Positions 27,086 to 36,857 are shown, counted from the first letter of the stretch. The stretch: 64,000 bases of DNA from Minisyncoccota bacterium (GCA_041666545.1 JBAYGS010000003.1:41086-105085); one strand, 5' to 3'. The notes: a model not told the origin generated them from the letters alone. Numbers and translations: made by a program.

Positions 27086-28486
27086 TTGGATAGATATATA
27101 CTTTACCCACTAAAATCCTTTATGCCTCCAATTATGTTCGACAACAAGTCACTCTGGGATCGAGTTTTGATAGAAGTGGAACTTTCGGTTTCAAAAGCCA
27201 ACTTCACAACTTGGTTTAAGGACACTTTTATCGACAAAGTAGACGAGGGTGCGGCCTATTTAGGGGTTCCGAACGCTTTTGTTAAGGACTGGCTCTCAAA
27301 AAAGTATCACCAATTGATTTTAAAGTCTTTAAGAGGTCTTGATGAGCGCATCCGCTCTTTGGAGTATGTAGTGGCCAAGAGTGACGGCCGGAGAGGGCAA
27401 GCTGACGCGCCACAGGCCTTGCCAAGAATGGCCCCCGGCAACGAATTACCCCTTCAAGACTTCTACATCAACAAAGACGACAACTTGAACCCTCGTTACA
27501 CCTTTTCAACTTTCGTGGTCGGTCCGTTCAACGAATTCGCTCACGCCGCCTCCCAGGCAATTTTAAAGAAGCCTTTGGCTTACAACCCGCTTTTTATTTA
27601 TGGTTCGACTGGCCACGGCAAAACTCACCTAATTCAGGCCATCGGCAACCACATTAAGACCACTTTGGAAGGGAAGAAGATTTTTTATCTGACCTCAGAG
27701 AGGTTTGCGGTAGATTTTGTTAACTCCCTAAACACCGGAAAAGCCAATGTTTTCAAGGAAAAATACCGAAAATATGATGTTTTAATTATGGATGATGTCC
27801 AATTCATCTCCAACAAAGACAAAACCCAGGAGGAGCTCTTCCATTTGTTCAACACTCTTTACGATAACAATAAGCAGATTATTTTCTCGGCTGACAAACA
27901 CCCGAACTTGATGCTCGACCTGCAAGATCGCCTGCGGTCCAGATTTAACGCCGGCATGATTGTTGAAATTTACCCGCCCGACTTTGAATCGCGACTCCAA
28001 ATTTTGAAAACCAAATCCGGTTTGATGAATTTTTCCCTCGCCCCAGACATTATTGAGTTTTTAGCCACTACAGTGGAAGGCAACATTCGGGAATTAGAAG
28101 GGGTTTTGAACTTGATTATCTGCCAAACCCAATTAAGAGGGAAGGATCTTTCAATCTTAGAGATTAAAAACTTAATTAAAAACAACAGCCGGCCCAAAAA
28201 ATCTGTTTCAGTTAAAGATGTAATTAAGACGATTGCCGACTTTTATAATGTGGAGGAGGGTAGCATCTACGAGAAGACCCGTAGAAAGGAGGTGGTTAAG
28301 CCACGCCAGGTGATTATGTATTTTTTGAGAGAAGAGCTAAACATTTCTTACCCTTCGATTGGTGAAAAAATGGGTGGTCGCGACCACACCACAGTTATCC
28401 ACTCATGCGAAAAGATTAAGAACGAATTACGCGACAACAACATTTTGGCCCAGGAAATCAACCAGTTAAAAGCGATGATAGGGTGA
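27086..28486 (+). CDS. dnaA: chromosomal replication initiator DnaA
   Basis: 466 aa. AAA+ NPLFIYGSTGHGKTHLIQAIGN. DnaA signature helix-turn-helix domain IV at the C-terminus (VKPRQVIMYFLREELNISYPSIGEKMGGRDHTTVIHS). Confidence 0.93.
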   Translation: MDRYILYPLKSFMPPIMFDNKSLWDRVLIEVELSVSKANFTTWFKDTFIDKVDEGAAYLGVPNAFVKDWLSKKYHQLILKSLRGLDERIRSLEYVVAKSDGRRGQADAPQALPRMAPGNELPLQDFYINKDDNLNPRYTFSTFVVGPFNEFAHAASQAILKKPLAYNPLFIYGSTGHGKTHLIQAIGNHIKTTLEGKKIFYLTSERFAVDFVNSLNTGKANVFKEKYRKYDVLIMDDVQFISNKDKTQEELFHLFNTLYDNNKQIIFSADKHPNLMLDLQDRLRSRFNAGMIVEIYPPDFESRLQILKTKSGLMNFSLAPDIIEFLATTVEGNIRELEGVLNLIICQTQLRGKDLSILEIKNLIKNNSRPKKSVSVKDVIKTIADFYNVEEGSIYEKTRRKEVVKPRQVIMYFLREELNISYPSIGEKMGGRDHTTVIHSCEKIKNELRDNNILAQEINQLKAMIG

Positions 28487-28709
28487 GGATAAGTTCTGGA
28501 TAACCCATCTAATAAGTTGTTAGTAGCCACTTCATTGTTTGTTGGTAAGAGGTAGAGAAAAAGAAGAAACTTTTTCCTCTCACCAAACCCCACAAAGAGT
28601 TAGTTTCAAAAAAGGACAAGAAAAATCAAAAACTGGCTCAACGAAGAGGTTTAAAAAATTATCAACATATCCCCAGAGCTAATCATAATAAAAGATTATA
28701 TTACTAAAT
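28487..28709. promoter_or_regulatory. dnaA-dnaN intergenic region: candidate oriC part 2 (DnaA-box cluster plus AT-rich stretch)
   Basis: 8/9 matches to the TTATCCACA consensus: TGAGGATAA (rc TTATCCTCA) at 28490, TGGATAAC (rc GTTATCCA) at 28505, TTATCAACA at 28650. An AT-rich tract aatcataataaaagattatattactaaat lies just before dnaN. Confidence 0.5.
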
Positions 28710-29810
28710 ATGAAAGCAGACTGTTCAAAAGATTTGTTGGCGGAAGTTTTAAACAAACTGGAGAAGATCGCAGGCAAGCACCAAACTCTGCCGGTTCTTT
28801 CTGGAATTTTAATTGAAGCGGAAAAAGGCAGTCTGGTTTTAAAAGCCACTAACCTTGATGTCGCAGCCGAGTTTGTTTTGCCGGCCAAAGTTGAGGAGGC
28901 CGGCCGGACAGTTGTACCGGCCGCCGCTCTGGCCTCGTTTGCCACCAATTTGTCTGGGGGCAAAAACATCCGTTTAGAACTTAGCCAGAACAACCTAAAA
29001 CTGGTGGCACCAAACAACACCGCCCTGATTAAGACTCTGCCTGTTGAGGAGTTCCCTTCTTTGCCGGAAGTTGTTAGCGGTCAAATTTTTACTTTGATGG
29101 CCAAGGATTTGGTTAAAGGACTAGTTTCAGTTGCCTACAGCTCGGCCGGGCACAGTTTGAAGCCGGAATTGGCCAGCGTTTCTTTGCGGGGTGACGGTGA
29201 GTCTCTGGTTTTTGCCGCTACCGACTCCTTCCGTCTGGCTGAAAAGAAAATCAAAATCAAAAAAGACTTAGACTTTAACCCTATTTTGGTCCCAGTTAAA
29301 AACGCCAACGAGATTGTCAGACTCCTCGAGAAAATTAATGGGGAAGTTGAAATTAAAATCGACAAAAATCAAATGGCGGTTTCAGCCGAAGGTTTAACTA
29401 TCATCACCCGCCTTGTCGACGGTTTGTTTCCGGATTATCAACAAATCATTCCTAAAGAAAAACAAACCGAAGCGACAGTTTTAAAACAAGACTTATTAAA
29501 CGCACTTAAACTCTCAAATATTTTTTCCGGAAAGTTCAACCAAATTAATTTCTCAATCAAACCAACAAGTAAAACTTTTAAAATTAGCTCAAAGACTGCG
29601 GAGTTGGGGGAGAACGAGCAGAATCTCGACGCCGCTCTTTCTGGAGAAGAGGTTGATGTAAATTTTAACTACCGCTACATCTCTGACTCCTTCCAGTCGA
29701 TTGACTCCGATAGCATAAATCTCTCTTTTAGCGGTCAAAATCGAGCCATGGTGATCACTGCAGTGGGCGATCGCTCCTTTCTCTACTTGGTGATGCCAAT
29801 GAACAAATAA
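28710..29810 (+). CDS. dnaN: DNA polymerase III beta sliding clamp
   Basis: 366 aa, three-domain beta-clamp-like, directly downstream of dnaA. Confidence 0.9.
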   Translation: MKADCSKDLLAEVLNKLEKIAGKHQTLPVLSGILIEAEKGSLVLKATNLDVAAEFVLPAKVEEAGRTVVPAAALASFATNLSGGKNIRLELSQNNLKLVAPNNTALIKTLPVEEFPSLPEVVSGQIFTLMAKDLVKGLVSVAYSSAGHSLKPELASVSLRGDGESLVFAATDSFRLAEKKIKIKKDLDFNPILVPVKNANEIVRLLEKINGEVEIKIDKNQMAVSAEGLTIITRLVDGLFPDYQQIIPKEKQTEATVLKQDLLNALKLSNIFSGKFNQINFSIKPTSKTFKISSKTAELGENEQNLDAALSGEEVDVNFNYRYISDSFQSIDSDSINLSFSGQNRAMVITAVGDRSFLYLVMPMNK

Positions 29811-30067
29811 TGTTCAATATCTCCAACTTTCTAAGCAAATTCGCCAAACTCGGTCATGGCGAGCAAGCGATTATTGAAGAGACTAAAGTCGCGGTTCAAG
29901 AGGTGCTGCATTTTAGTTTGGAGGGCAAAGCAATCCGTTTTGCGAACGGTGTTGTAAACATTTCCGCCCCGGCGGTGGCGAAGAGCGAAATCTTTCTTCA
30001 TAAGGAGGAAATTTTGGAAAAACTCAGACAAAAAATTCAGAAACCAAAAATTTTGGATATCAAGTAA
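29810..30067 (+). CDS. DUF721/DciA-like small protein
   Basis: 85 aa. ...LEGKAIRFANGVVNISAPAVAKSEIFLHKEEILEKLRQKI resembles the DUF721 (DciA) pattern L.NGvL.v.v.ssaw..EL...k.eiLekl. Sits downstream of dnaN, where DUF721 genes typically occur. Confidence 0.45.
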   Translation: MFNISNFLSKFAKLGHGEQAIIEETKVAVQEVLHFSLEGKAIRFANGVVNISAPAVAKSEIFLHKEEILEKLRQKIQKPKILDIK

Positions 30068-30079
30068 AATTTCTTTAAA

Positions 30080-32602
30080 CTATTTTTGAATTAAGAAGTT
30101 GCTGGAGACTTCACCGCGATTCAAAACCGCGTCATAAACCACCACCCTTAAAGTGTTAAAGTCACTGACACTGTCGATTTCATTAGGGACAAAAGAGAAA
30201 CTAAAAGGCGTCCGGGTGGCCGAACCGGCAAAGGAACCATTAATAAAGTAGTCGGCTTTGGTGAGATTAAATCTGGACTTAGCCGAAATCGAGATGGTGA
30301 CTCGGGTGTCAGCTCGCAAAACCGCCCCGTTTTGTGGCGAAAGTACGCTAATCTGCGGGGCGTACTCCGGTTTGTGAATATCATCAAGCTGGGTAGGGAT
30401 AATTGATAGATCCTTCTCTTTGATTTGTTGATCCGCGACCCATTTTCGCACCGGCACCTCCCACAGGTTAAATTGTGGGTCTGTTGTCGGGTCGGCAGGC
30501 GCGCTGCCTAGAGGGCTGTTTCTATCTACCCAGTAAAGTAGTGAATGTACATCTGGCACAACTTTCTCCTCGCGCAGTTCAGCTGGGGTGTATTCGGTCG
30601 CCAGTTTACCAGATAACTTATCAACAAAATAATTTTGGGTACCCTGCCAAAAACCACGAAGTGGCGGTTTTAGGTTGGAGTCGATTGGATTCGGTTTAGT
30701 AAATTGTTCGTCGGGAAGCTGTGGTAAAACAGCTTGCATAAACTCTCGCCAAAGAGGGGTGATAATAAAACCAGCCACCTTCTTTTCCATCGGGCTGTTG
30801 TTGTTGTTACCTGCCCATGCGCCAACTGCTAAATTTGGTGTGTAGCCGATTACCCAAGCGTCTCGGTAGTCATTGGTAGTGCCCGTCTTGGCGGCGACCG
30901 CCTGACCCGAAAAATCGATGTAAGGTCGAGTCTTGGCGGTGTTGTCAGAAAGGATGTCACTAATTTCTCTCGCAATATCTTGAGGAATAGTTTGGAACGG
31001 ACTTCTTTTCGGTTCGTAAACAACCTGTCCATTAGGGTCCTCGACCCGTAGAATGCTGATTGGCGCGTTTCTTACACCATCATTGGCAAAAACACTGTAG
31101 CCAGAGGTCAGCTCTAAAAGAGAAACCTCGCCACCACCCAAAACTAAGGTCAAACCATACTGGTCGGCGTTACCAAGGCTTGAAATTCCCATGTCTTTGG
31201 CGACTTTCAGCGAGTCTCTGATACCTGCCAAATAGAGGACCTTAATTGAAGGAATATTCAGTGATTCAATAAGCGCGGTTCGTAGCGAAACCGGACCGCG
31301 GAATTTGCCGTCATAATTTTCTGGCATATAACATTCCGACTCGTGCTCCGCAATAATCGGCGTGCCGTCAGGGTTGCAGGTAGTTTGGAATTCTGTCTGC
31401 AAATCAAAAACAGTAGTGGCCGGCGTATAGCCTTTCATAAAAGCTGTGGCATAGACGAAAGGTTTAAAAGCCGAGCCGGGTTGGCGGTGGGCTAAAGTCA
31501 CATTGAAATTACCGTCAATTTCTTTATCAAAATAGTCCCGAGATCCAACCATCGCCAAAACCTCGCCGGTTTTCGGGTCAATTGCCACCAAGGCGGCGTT
31601 TTCGGCGTTGAAGGTGGTTTTATTTTGGAGTGCGTGTCGCTTCACGATTTCTTCGGCTTTGGCTTCCATGCCGTAGTCGAGAGTAGTGATTACCTTGTAA
31701 CCGTTTTGTTCCAAGGCGCGTTTACCAAGCAACTCTTCAAGCTGTTGTTTAACATAGAGTGAGAAGTGTGGAGCCTTAATCCCTGTATCAGATTGAAGTG
31801 CAAAGGTGACTTTTTCTTGGCTCGCCGAATCAAAGTCAGTTTGGCTGATAAACTTATTCTCCAACATTTTGGCCAGGACCAGATTTTTTCTGGAGTCCAA
31901 ATCTTTACGGTGAGAGCCGTAAGGAGAGTAATAACTCGGGGCTTGAGGCATCGCGGCGAGATAAGCGGCCTGGGCCAGGCTCAAATTTTGGGAAGAAATT
32001 CCAAAATAAGTTTTGCTGGCCTCCTCTACGCCGTAAATGCTACCCCCGTAAGGCGCGCCATTTAAATACAAAGCCAAGATCTGATCTTTGTTTAGTTGTT
32101 GCTCAAGTTTCCAGGCCAAAACCCACTCTTTGAGTTTTCTGGAAATGGTTTTGTCGGTAGTTAAAATAGAATTCTTAACAACCTGTTGGGTAATCGTTGA
32201 ACCACCTTGGGAAAAGCCACCACCGAGGATGTTTGCCAAAATGGCGCGAGCAATAGAGGTGAATTTAATGCCACGGTGCTGGTAAAACTCATTATCCTCA
32301 ATCGCAACCGTTGCGTTCTTAACGTTTCGCGAGATTTCCTCGTATGGGATGATGGTTCGCCTGGTGTTGGCGAAAACATCATAAAGCAAGACTTCACCAG
32401 TCCGGTCGTAAATTTTAGTTGATTCGGCTATTTTGTTACTTTCAAAAAAATGCAAATCCGGCACAGTGAAGGTGGAAATCCAAAAAATAAAAAGTCCTGC
32501 CAAGACCAAAACGGCCGCTCCTGCGAAGTGCCAGAAAGCTTTTTTTCTGAAGGTTTTCTCGAAACGCTTAAAGGTTAACCTCATGCTCGTCCATAGTATC
32601 AT
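30080..32602 (-). CDS. class A penicillin-binding protein (PBP1A family, transglycosylase + transpeptidase)
   Basis: 840 aa. N-terminal TM. Glycosyltransferase-51 motifs (EDNEFYQHRGI; GGSTITQQ). Transpeptidase SxxK/SxN-type region. C-terminal extension. Confidence 0.9.
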   Translation of the reverse strand: MILWTSMRLTFKRFEKTFRKKAFWHFAGAAVLVLAGLFIFWISTFTVPDLHFFESNKIAESTKIYDRTGEVLLYDVFANTRRTIIPYEEISRNVKNATVAIEDNEFYQHRGIKFTSIARAILANILGGGFSQGGSTITQQVVKNSILTTDKTISRKLKEWVLAWKLEQQLNKDQILALYLNGAPYGGSIYGVEEASKTYFGISSQNLSLAQAAYLAAMPQAPSYYSPYGSHRKDLDSRKNLVLAKMLENKFISQTDFDSASQEKVTFALQSDTGIKAPHFSLYVKQQLEELLGKRALEQNGYKVITTLDYGMEAKAEEIVKRHALQNKTTFNAENAALVAIDPKTGEVLAMVGSRDYFDKEIDGNFNVTLAHRQPGSAFKPFVYATAFMKGYTPATTVFDLQTEFQTTCNPDGTPIIAEHESECYMPENYDGKFRGPVSLRTALIESLNIPSIKVLYLAGIRDSLKVAKDMGISSLGNADQYGLTLVLGGGEVSLLELTSGYSVFANDGVRNAPISILRVEDPNGQVVYEPKRSPFQTIPQDIAREISDILSDNTAKTRPYIDFSGQAVAAKTGTTNDYRDAWVIGYTPNLAVGAWAGNNNNSPMEKKVAGFIITPLWREFMQAVLPQLPDEQFTKPNPIDSNLKPPLRGFWQGTQNYFVDKLSGKLATEYTPAELREEKVVPDVHSLLYWVDRNSPLGSAPADPTTDPQFNLWEVPVRKWVADQQIKEKDLSIIPTQLDDIHKPEYAPQISVLSPQNGAVLRADTRVTISISAKSRFNLTKADYFINGSFAGSATRTPFSFSFVPNEIDSVSDFNTLRVVVYDAVLNRGEVSSNFLIQK

Positions 32603-32628
32603 ATTTTGTTTTGTGATAAATTAGGGTT

Positions 32629-33861
32629 ATGTTCAGATGGTTTAAAGGAGTGCCGACTTTGTCGCGTGACCCAAATAAGATCGAGGAGCTTTTGACTCGC
32701 GGCGTCGAGCGAATTTTTCCTTCCCCGGAATTCCTTAAAAAGGCCTTGCTAAGTGGGCGCCAACTAAAAATTTATCTCGGTATCGATCCGACCGGGCCGA
32801 CCCTGCATCTGGGGCATGCCATCCCGATTATGAAGCTCGCTGAATTTCAAGCTTTAGGCCACCAAGTTATTCTTTTAATCGGGGACCAAACCGCCATGAT
32901 TGGCGACCCGACCGACAAAAGTGCCACTCGGCAAAAACTGACTCGGGCGGAAGTGTTGAAAAACTGCCGAAATTACAAAAAACAAGCCTCAAAAATTCTG
33001 AAATTTACCGGCACCAACAAGGCCGAACTTCGTTACAATTCGAAATGGCTCAACAAACTTTCCTTAACCAGTCTATTGGAGCTGGCCTCAAACCTGACTT
33101 ACGCTCAAACCATTAAACGTGATATGTTCCAGCAAAGGATCAGTGAGGGTCGAGACCTTTATTTGCATGAGTTTCTGTATCCTTTGATGCAGGGCTACGA
33201 TTCCGTGGCGATGGATGTTGACGGGGAAGTTGGTGGCAACGATCAAACCTTTAACATGTTGGTTGGTCGCGATTTGCTCAAAAAAATCAAAAACAAAGAA
33301 AAGTTTGTAATCACCAGCAAACTGCTGGAAGACACCTCTGGCAAGAAAATGGGGAAGACCGAAGGCAACATGGTGACTTTAAGTGATGCGCCGAACGAAA
33401 TGTTTGGAAAAATTATGAGCTGGCCGGACACCCTGATCCCAATCGGTTTGGAGCTCCTAACTTTTCTGCCGATGAATGAAGTTAAAAATCTCGTGAGCAG
33501 CCTGACTAAAGGAGTTAACCCTAAGGAGGTTAAAAGTCGGCTGGCTTTTGAGGTGGTGAAAATTTACCACAACGCTAAGGCGGCTGAAGGGGCCGTGAAA
33601 AATTTCAATGCAACGTTTAAAGCCGGAGCGATTCCCGAAAATGTTTTGACGGTAAAAACTGCTCCGGATTTGCTTTCCGAAGTTTTACTCAAAGCGAAGA
33701 TGGTGGAATCAAAAACCGAATTTCGTCGTCTGGTTTCCGAAGGAGCGATCGAGGATTTGGATGGTAAAACTAGAATTAGTAATCCAACTGCGAAGGTGGA
33801 AAAAACCACTAATCTGAAAATTGGGAAAAAAAGATTTATTAAAATCGAGGTTGAAAAGTAA
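32629..33861 (+). CDS. tyrS: tyrosine--tRNA ligase
   Basis: 410 aa. HLGHAIPIMK (HIGH motif), KMGKTEGN (KMSKS variant), and a C-terminal S4-like domain. Confidence 0.9.
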   Translation: MFRWFKGVPTLSRDPNKIEELLTRGVERIFPSPEFLKKALLSGRQLKIYLGIDPTGPTLHLGHAIPIMKLAEFQALGHQVILLIGDQTAMIGDPTDKSATRQKLTRAEVLKNCRNYKKQASKILKFTGTNKAELRYNSKWLNKLSLTSLLELASNLTYAQTIKRDMFQQRISEGRDLYLHEFLYPLMQGYDSVAMDVDGEVGGNDQTFNMLVGRDLLKKIKNKEKFVITSKLLEDTSGKKMGKTEGNMVTLSDAPNEMFGKIMSWPDTLIPIGLELLTFLPMNEVKNLVSSLTKGVNPKEVKSRLAFEVVKIYHNAKAAEGAVKNFNATFKAGAIPENVLTVKTAPDLLSEVLLKAKMVESKTEFRRLVSEGAIEDLDGKTRISNPTAKVEKTTNLKIGKKRFIKIEVEK

Positions 33862-33899
33862 GGAAAAAACAGTTATCCACAGGGAGCTGTTTTTTTCTA
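33862..33899 (+). terminator. AT-rich hairpin terminator after tyrS carrying a perfect DnaA box in its loop
   Basis: aaaaaacag-ttatccacagggag-ctgttttttt. TTATCCACA at 33876-33884. Confidence 0.35.
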
Positions 33900-33976
33900 G
33901 TTTGCAAAAAATATTAGATTTGGTAAAAAGTAGGCATATCAGGCCGTGAAGCGGCAAATTAAAATTTAAACTAGGT

Positions 33977-34126
33977 ATGAATGACGAATTTGATCCAAAA
34001 GATTTAAGCCGAGACGATGACACTGTTGTCAGTGATGATCTAACAAGCGACACCATCAGTCTTGAAGATGCGATTGATGAGGAAGATGTTGAGGAGGACG
34101 ACTATACTGGTGAGACCTACGAATAG
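33977..34126 (+). CDS. possible 49 aa extremely acidic small protein
   Basis: Hand-translated: MNDEFDPKDLSRDDDTVVSDDLTSDTISLEDAIDEEDVEEDDYTGETYE, followed by a strong terminator. Weak RBS. Could be a chance ORF in a GA-rich sequence. Confidence 0.2.
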   Translation: MNDEFDPKDLSRDDDTVVSDDLTSDTISLEDAIDEEDVEEDDYTGETYE

Positions 34127-34135
34127 TAAAAATGA

Positions 34136-34176
34136 AAACCCCGGCGCCGATAACGGCGCCGGGGTTTTCTTGTGGA
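34136..34176. terminator. bidirectional rho-independent terminator (convergent with ruvC)
   Basis: aaaaccccggcgccg-ataa-cggcgccggggtttt, a 15 bp GC stem flanked by an A-run and a T-run. Confidence 0.75.
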
Positions 34177-34195
34177 TTAGCTGTGGAGAAGCTGT

Positions 34196-34684
34196 TTACT
34201 CCTTGTGGAGATCGTGTTCGCTCGCCAAACAAGTTATCCCCAAGGCCACCGCGTCAAGTTCGTCATCTTGTTGTTTTTTGTCAGTCAGAACAATCAATTT
34301 TGGCAGCATCGCCATTACTTGCCGTTTGTCGCTTTTACCGTAGCCGGTGACAGCAATTTTTACCTGAAGCGGGGTGTATTCAAAAATTTTCAGACCAGCC
34401 GCTGAGGCTTCGTAAATAATAACCCCGCGTGCCTCGGCGACTCCCATCGCGGTTTTCTGATTGGTTTCGAAATAAAGTTTCTCAATCGCCAAAGCTTTCG
34501 GCTCATATTTAGAAATGACTGATTTAACCTCCCGGCCAATTTCTAAAATTCTTTCCGCCAAAGGTTTTTTGGCTGAAGTCTTGAAACACTCAGAATAAAC
34601 CACGATTTCTTTTCGTTTTGGCAGTTTTTCCAAAACGGCAACGCCAACGCGCTCATATCCGGGATCAATCGCGAGGATTCTCAT
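34196..34684 (-). CDS. ruvC: crossover junction endodeoxyribonuclease RuvC
   Basis: 162 aa. MRILAIDPGYERVGVAVLE, with the RNase H-like fold catalytic Asp in place. Confidence 0.9.
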   Translation of the reverse strand: MRILAIDPGYERVGVAVLEKLPKRKEIVVYSECFKTSAKKPLAERILEIGREVKSVISKYEPKALAIEKLYFETNQKTAMGVAEARGVIIYEASAAGLKIFEYTPLQVKIAVTGYGKSDKRQVMAMLPKLIVLTDKKQQDDELDAVALGITCLASEHDLHKE

Positions 34685-34767
34685 AGGAGTTTGGATGTTT
34701 TGAGGTTAGGAAGTTGGGAAGTTAAACTTCTGAACTTCTAAACTTCAAGCGAAGCGAAACTAAAAAC

Positions 34768-35298
34768 TTACTCAGCGTTGGTAAAAATCTCTTGGACCTC
34801 ATCATTTTCCTCTAAAGCCTCAATCAAAGCCTCAAGCTTGGCGCCATCTTCCTCGGAAATCGGGGCCATGGTTTTCGGCATCCAGCCTTCGTGGGTTTTC
34901 TCGAAGGCCCAACTGGCGCTCCCGGGCGCGGCGAGGGCAGAACCGTGCTCCGAAAGAATAAATTTGATTTCCTGGGCGGCCTTATTGCGATTGTCGGTCA
35001 AAGCGTCAATGATGAGAGCTACTCCGCCTGGGCCATAGGCCTCATAGACAATTACCTCCATATTTTGCGAGCCGGCCTCGGTAGCCTTTTTCACGGCACG
35101 ATCAATGTTATCACTCGGCATGTTAGCGGCGCGAGCTTTTTCAATGATGCTCTTTAAGCCAGGCGAAGAAGTGTTGCCGTTAGCTTTTTTAGCTTCCAAA
35201 GTGATTAAACGGGAATATTTGGAAAAGATTTTGCTTTTCTTGGCATCCGAAACTGCCTTCTTATTTTTTACTTTTGACCATTTGTTGTGACCGGACAT
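34768..35298 (-). CDS. yebC: YebC/PmpR family DNA-binding regulator (short form)
   Basis: 176 aa. MSGHNKWSKVKNKKAVSDAKKSKIFSKYSRLITLEAKK is the canonical YebC N-terminus. Adjacent to ruvC as in many bacteria. Confidence 0.8.
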   Translation of the reverse strand: MSGHNKWSKVKNKKAVSDAKKSKIFSKYSRLITLEAKKANGNTSSPGLKSIIEKARAANMPSDNIDRAVKKATEAGSQNMEVIVYEAYGPGGVALIIDALTDNRNKAAQEIKFILSEHGSALAAPGSASWAFEKTHEGWMPKTMAPISEEDGAKLEALIEALEENDEVQEIFTNAE

Positions 35299-35508
35299 GG
35301 GAAGTGAGTAGTTAGTAGTGGGTAGTGAGTAGTAAAAGAAAGACCACTATACTTTATACCTAATATTTACCCCAGGCTACTTGACTAGTCGATTGGTTTA
35401 AGATATTACAGGAGTAGACAGAATTACAGCTCGAGCTGTTTTCGACTGTTCTTAACAAATAATCCTAAAGCATTTTAAAATGCTCCGGTAAATCAACGAG
35501 GAACCTGT

Positions 35509-36261
35509 ATGAATACAGAACCCGCAAATGTTGAAAAGACCCCTCAAATCAGAAAAACCACCTACGACCTTGGTCTTAAGATAATGGCGAATTTGCCTAA
35601 AGTTGCGCTGACCGAAGAACAAGAGCGATTTTTCCTTCAGCATCCGGGGCTTCTGGTGCCGGCCCTTCAACACGGCTTTAGCGAGCCGGAGATATTTGCC
35701 TTGGAGCCGGAGACTATCAATTGGATCAAAGGTTGGGAGAGTTTTTATGACTTGGTTTTCGGTATCAAAACCCAGTTGCTTTGGAAGGTCAAAATTCCTT
35801 TCCGTCGTGCGAAATTCAATCGCTTCATCATAGTGGTCCAAGGACTGTCAATGACTCATGTCTATAACGCCTGTGCTGGGCATTTTCCGTGCCAGTGCTA
35901 CGCTAACAACTTGGACATCTCGGTGACCGAGAATGAGCGTCACCCCACCGAACCCTATGCCATTTGGGTTAAGGATAGCGTAGAGGCCGACGAGAATCTC
36001 AAAAGTCTCTCAGCCAATCAGCTCAAAGGACAAGGTATTTGTGGCGAGACCATGCTTGAGCGAATGCTCCACGAGGTCAAACATTTCAGGGAAACCGGCA
36101 AGCATCTGGATACGGCTACGGCCACGATTTGTTCAGGTTCGCGCTATTCCGATGGTGGTGTTCCTGGCGCACGCTGGTATAACGGCGAGTTTCAGGTCGG
36201 TTGGTATGATGCGGGCCGTGTCTCTCCACGCTTACGGGCTCGCGAGGTGATAACCATCTAG
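35509..36261 (+). CDS. hypothetical Cys-rich soluble protein
   Basis: 250 aa. CAGHFPCQCY and other Cys/His residues. No family recognised. Preceded by a plausible sigma70 promoter (ttgact-17-tattac). Lies in an insertion between yebC and ruvB. Confidence 0.35.
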   Translation: MNTEPANVEKTPQIRKTTYDLGLKIMANLPKVALTEEQERFFLQHPGLLVPALQHGFSEPEIFALEPETINWIKGWESFYDLVFGIKTQLLWKVKIPFRRAKFNRFIIVVQGLSMTHVYNACAGHFPCQCYANNLDISVTENERHPTEPYAIWVKDSVEADENLKSLSANQLKGQGICGETMLERMLHEVKHFRETGKHLDTATATICSGSRYSDGGVPGARWYNGEFQVGWYDAGRVSPRLRAREVITI

Positions 36262-36508
36262 ATTTTCTACCGTGCTTCTTGGCCGGAAACGCATCTGCGT
36301 TTCCGGCCTTTTAAATATTCGTACTGGTGCTATACTTTTAAAAACAGTTCATTTAAATGAAAGGTAAAGTATGAAGCCAAAATGGCCAGCATTTATGTTG
36401 AGGCATTGGGGACCGCTACTTAATGGAAAAGGTGCCGGTCTCGCCTTTGTTTTTGCCGCTTGGGTTGCGATAACGGTGACGACACTTAGTCGACTTTTCC
36501 CATAGCCG

Positions 36509-36769
36509 ATGAGTCGGGTCAGTACCATCCTGGCCTTTTCTCTGAGTGCTATAATAATGGAAAGTTCTTTAAATGAAAGGCTTATTGTGAAATGTTTAAG
36601 CAAGGCTTATCTTGACCAGTTTTTCGCCGAGAAGTGGGAAACATTTTGTTCCAAGTTTCCACCATTCTACCGGAAGAAGTTCGATACCGGGTATTGGCTC
36701 GCACTCGCAGCTAGCCTGTTCGCCTTTTCCTTGGCAGTGGACTACTTGATACAAATGCTTCGCCAGTGA
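36509..36769 (+). CDS. small hypothetical protein with a C-terminal TM helix
   Basis: 86 aa. Preceded by the duplicated leader motif tttaaatgaaagg. Followed by a terminator. Confidence 0.25.
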   Translation: MSRVSTILAFSLSAIIMESSLNERLIVKCLSKAYLDQFFAEKWETFCSKFPPFYRKKFDTGYWLALAASLFAFSLAVDYLIQMLRQ

Positions 36770-36778
36770 GGTAAAAAC

Positions 36779-36802
36779 AAAACGCGGCTGTCCGCGTTTT
36801 TT
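36779..36802 (+). terminator. rho-independent terminator
   Basis: aaaacgcgg-ctgt-ccgcgtttttt. Confidence 0.6.
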
Positions 36803-36857
36803 CATTCTTGAATCTTGAATCTAAATTCGTGAATCTATTTTTTTCTTGAATCTATTT

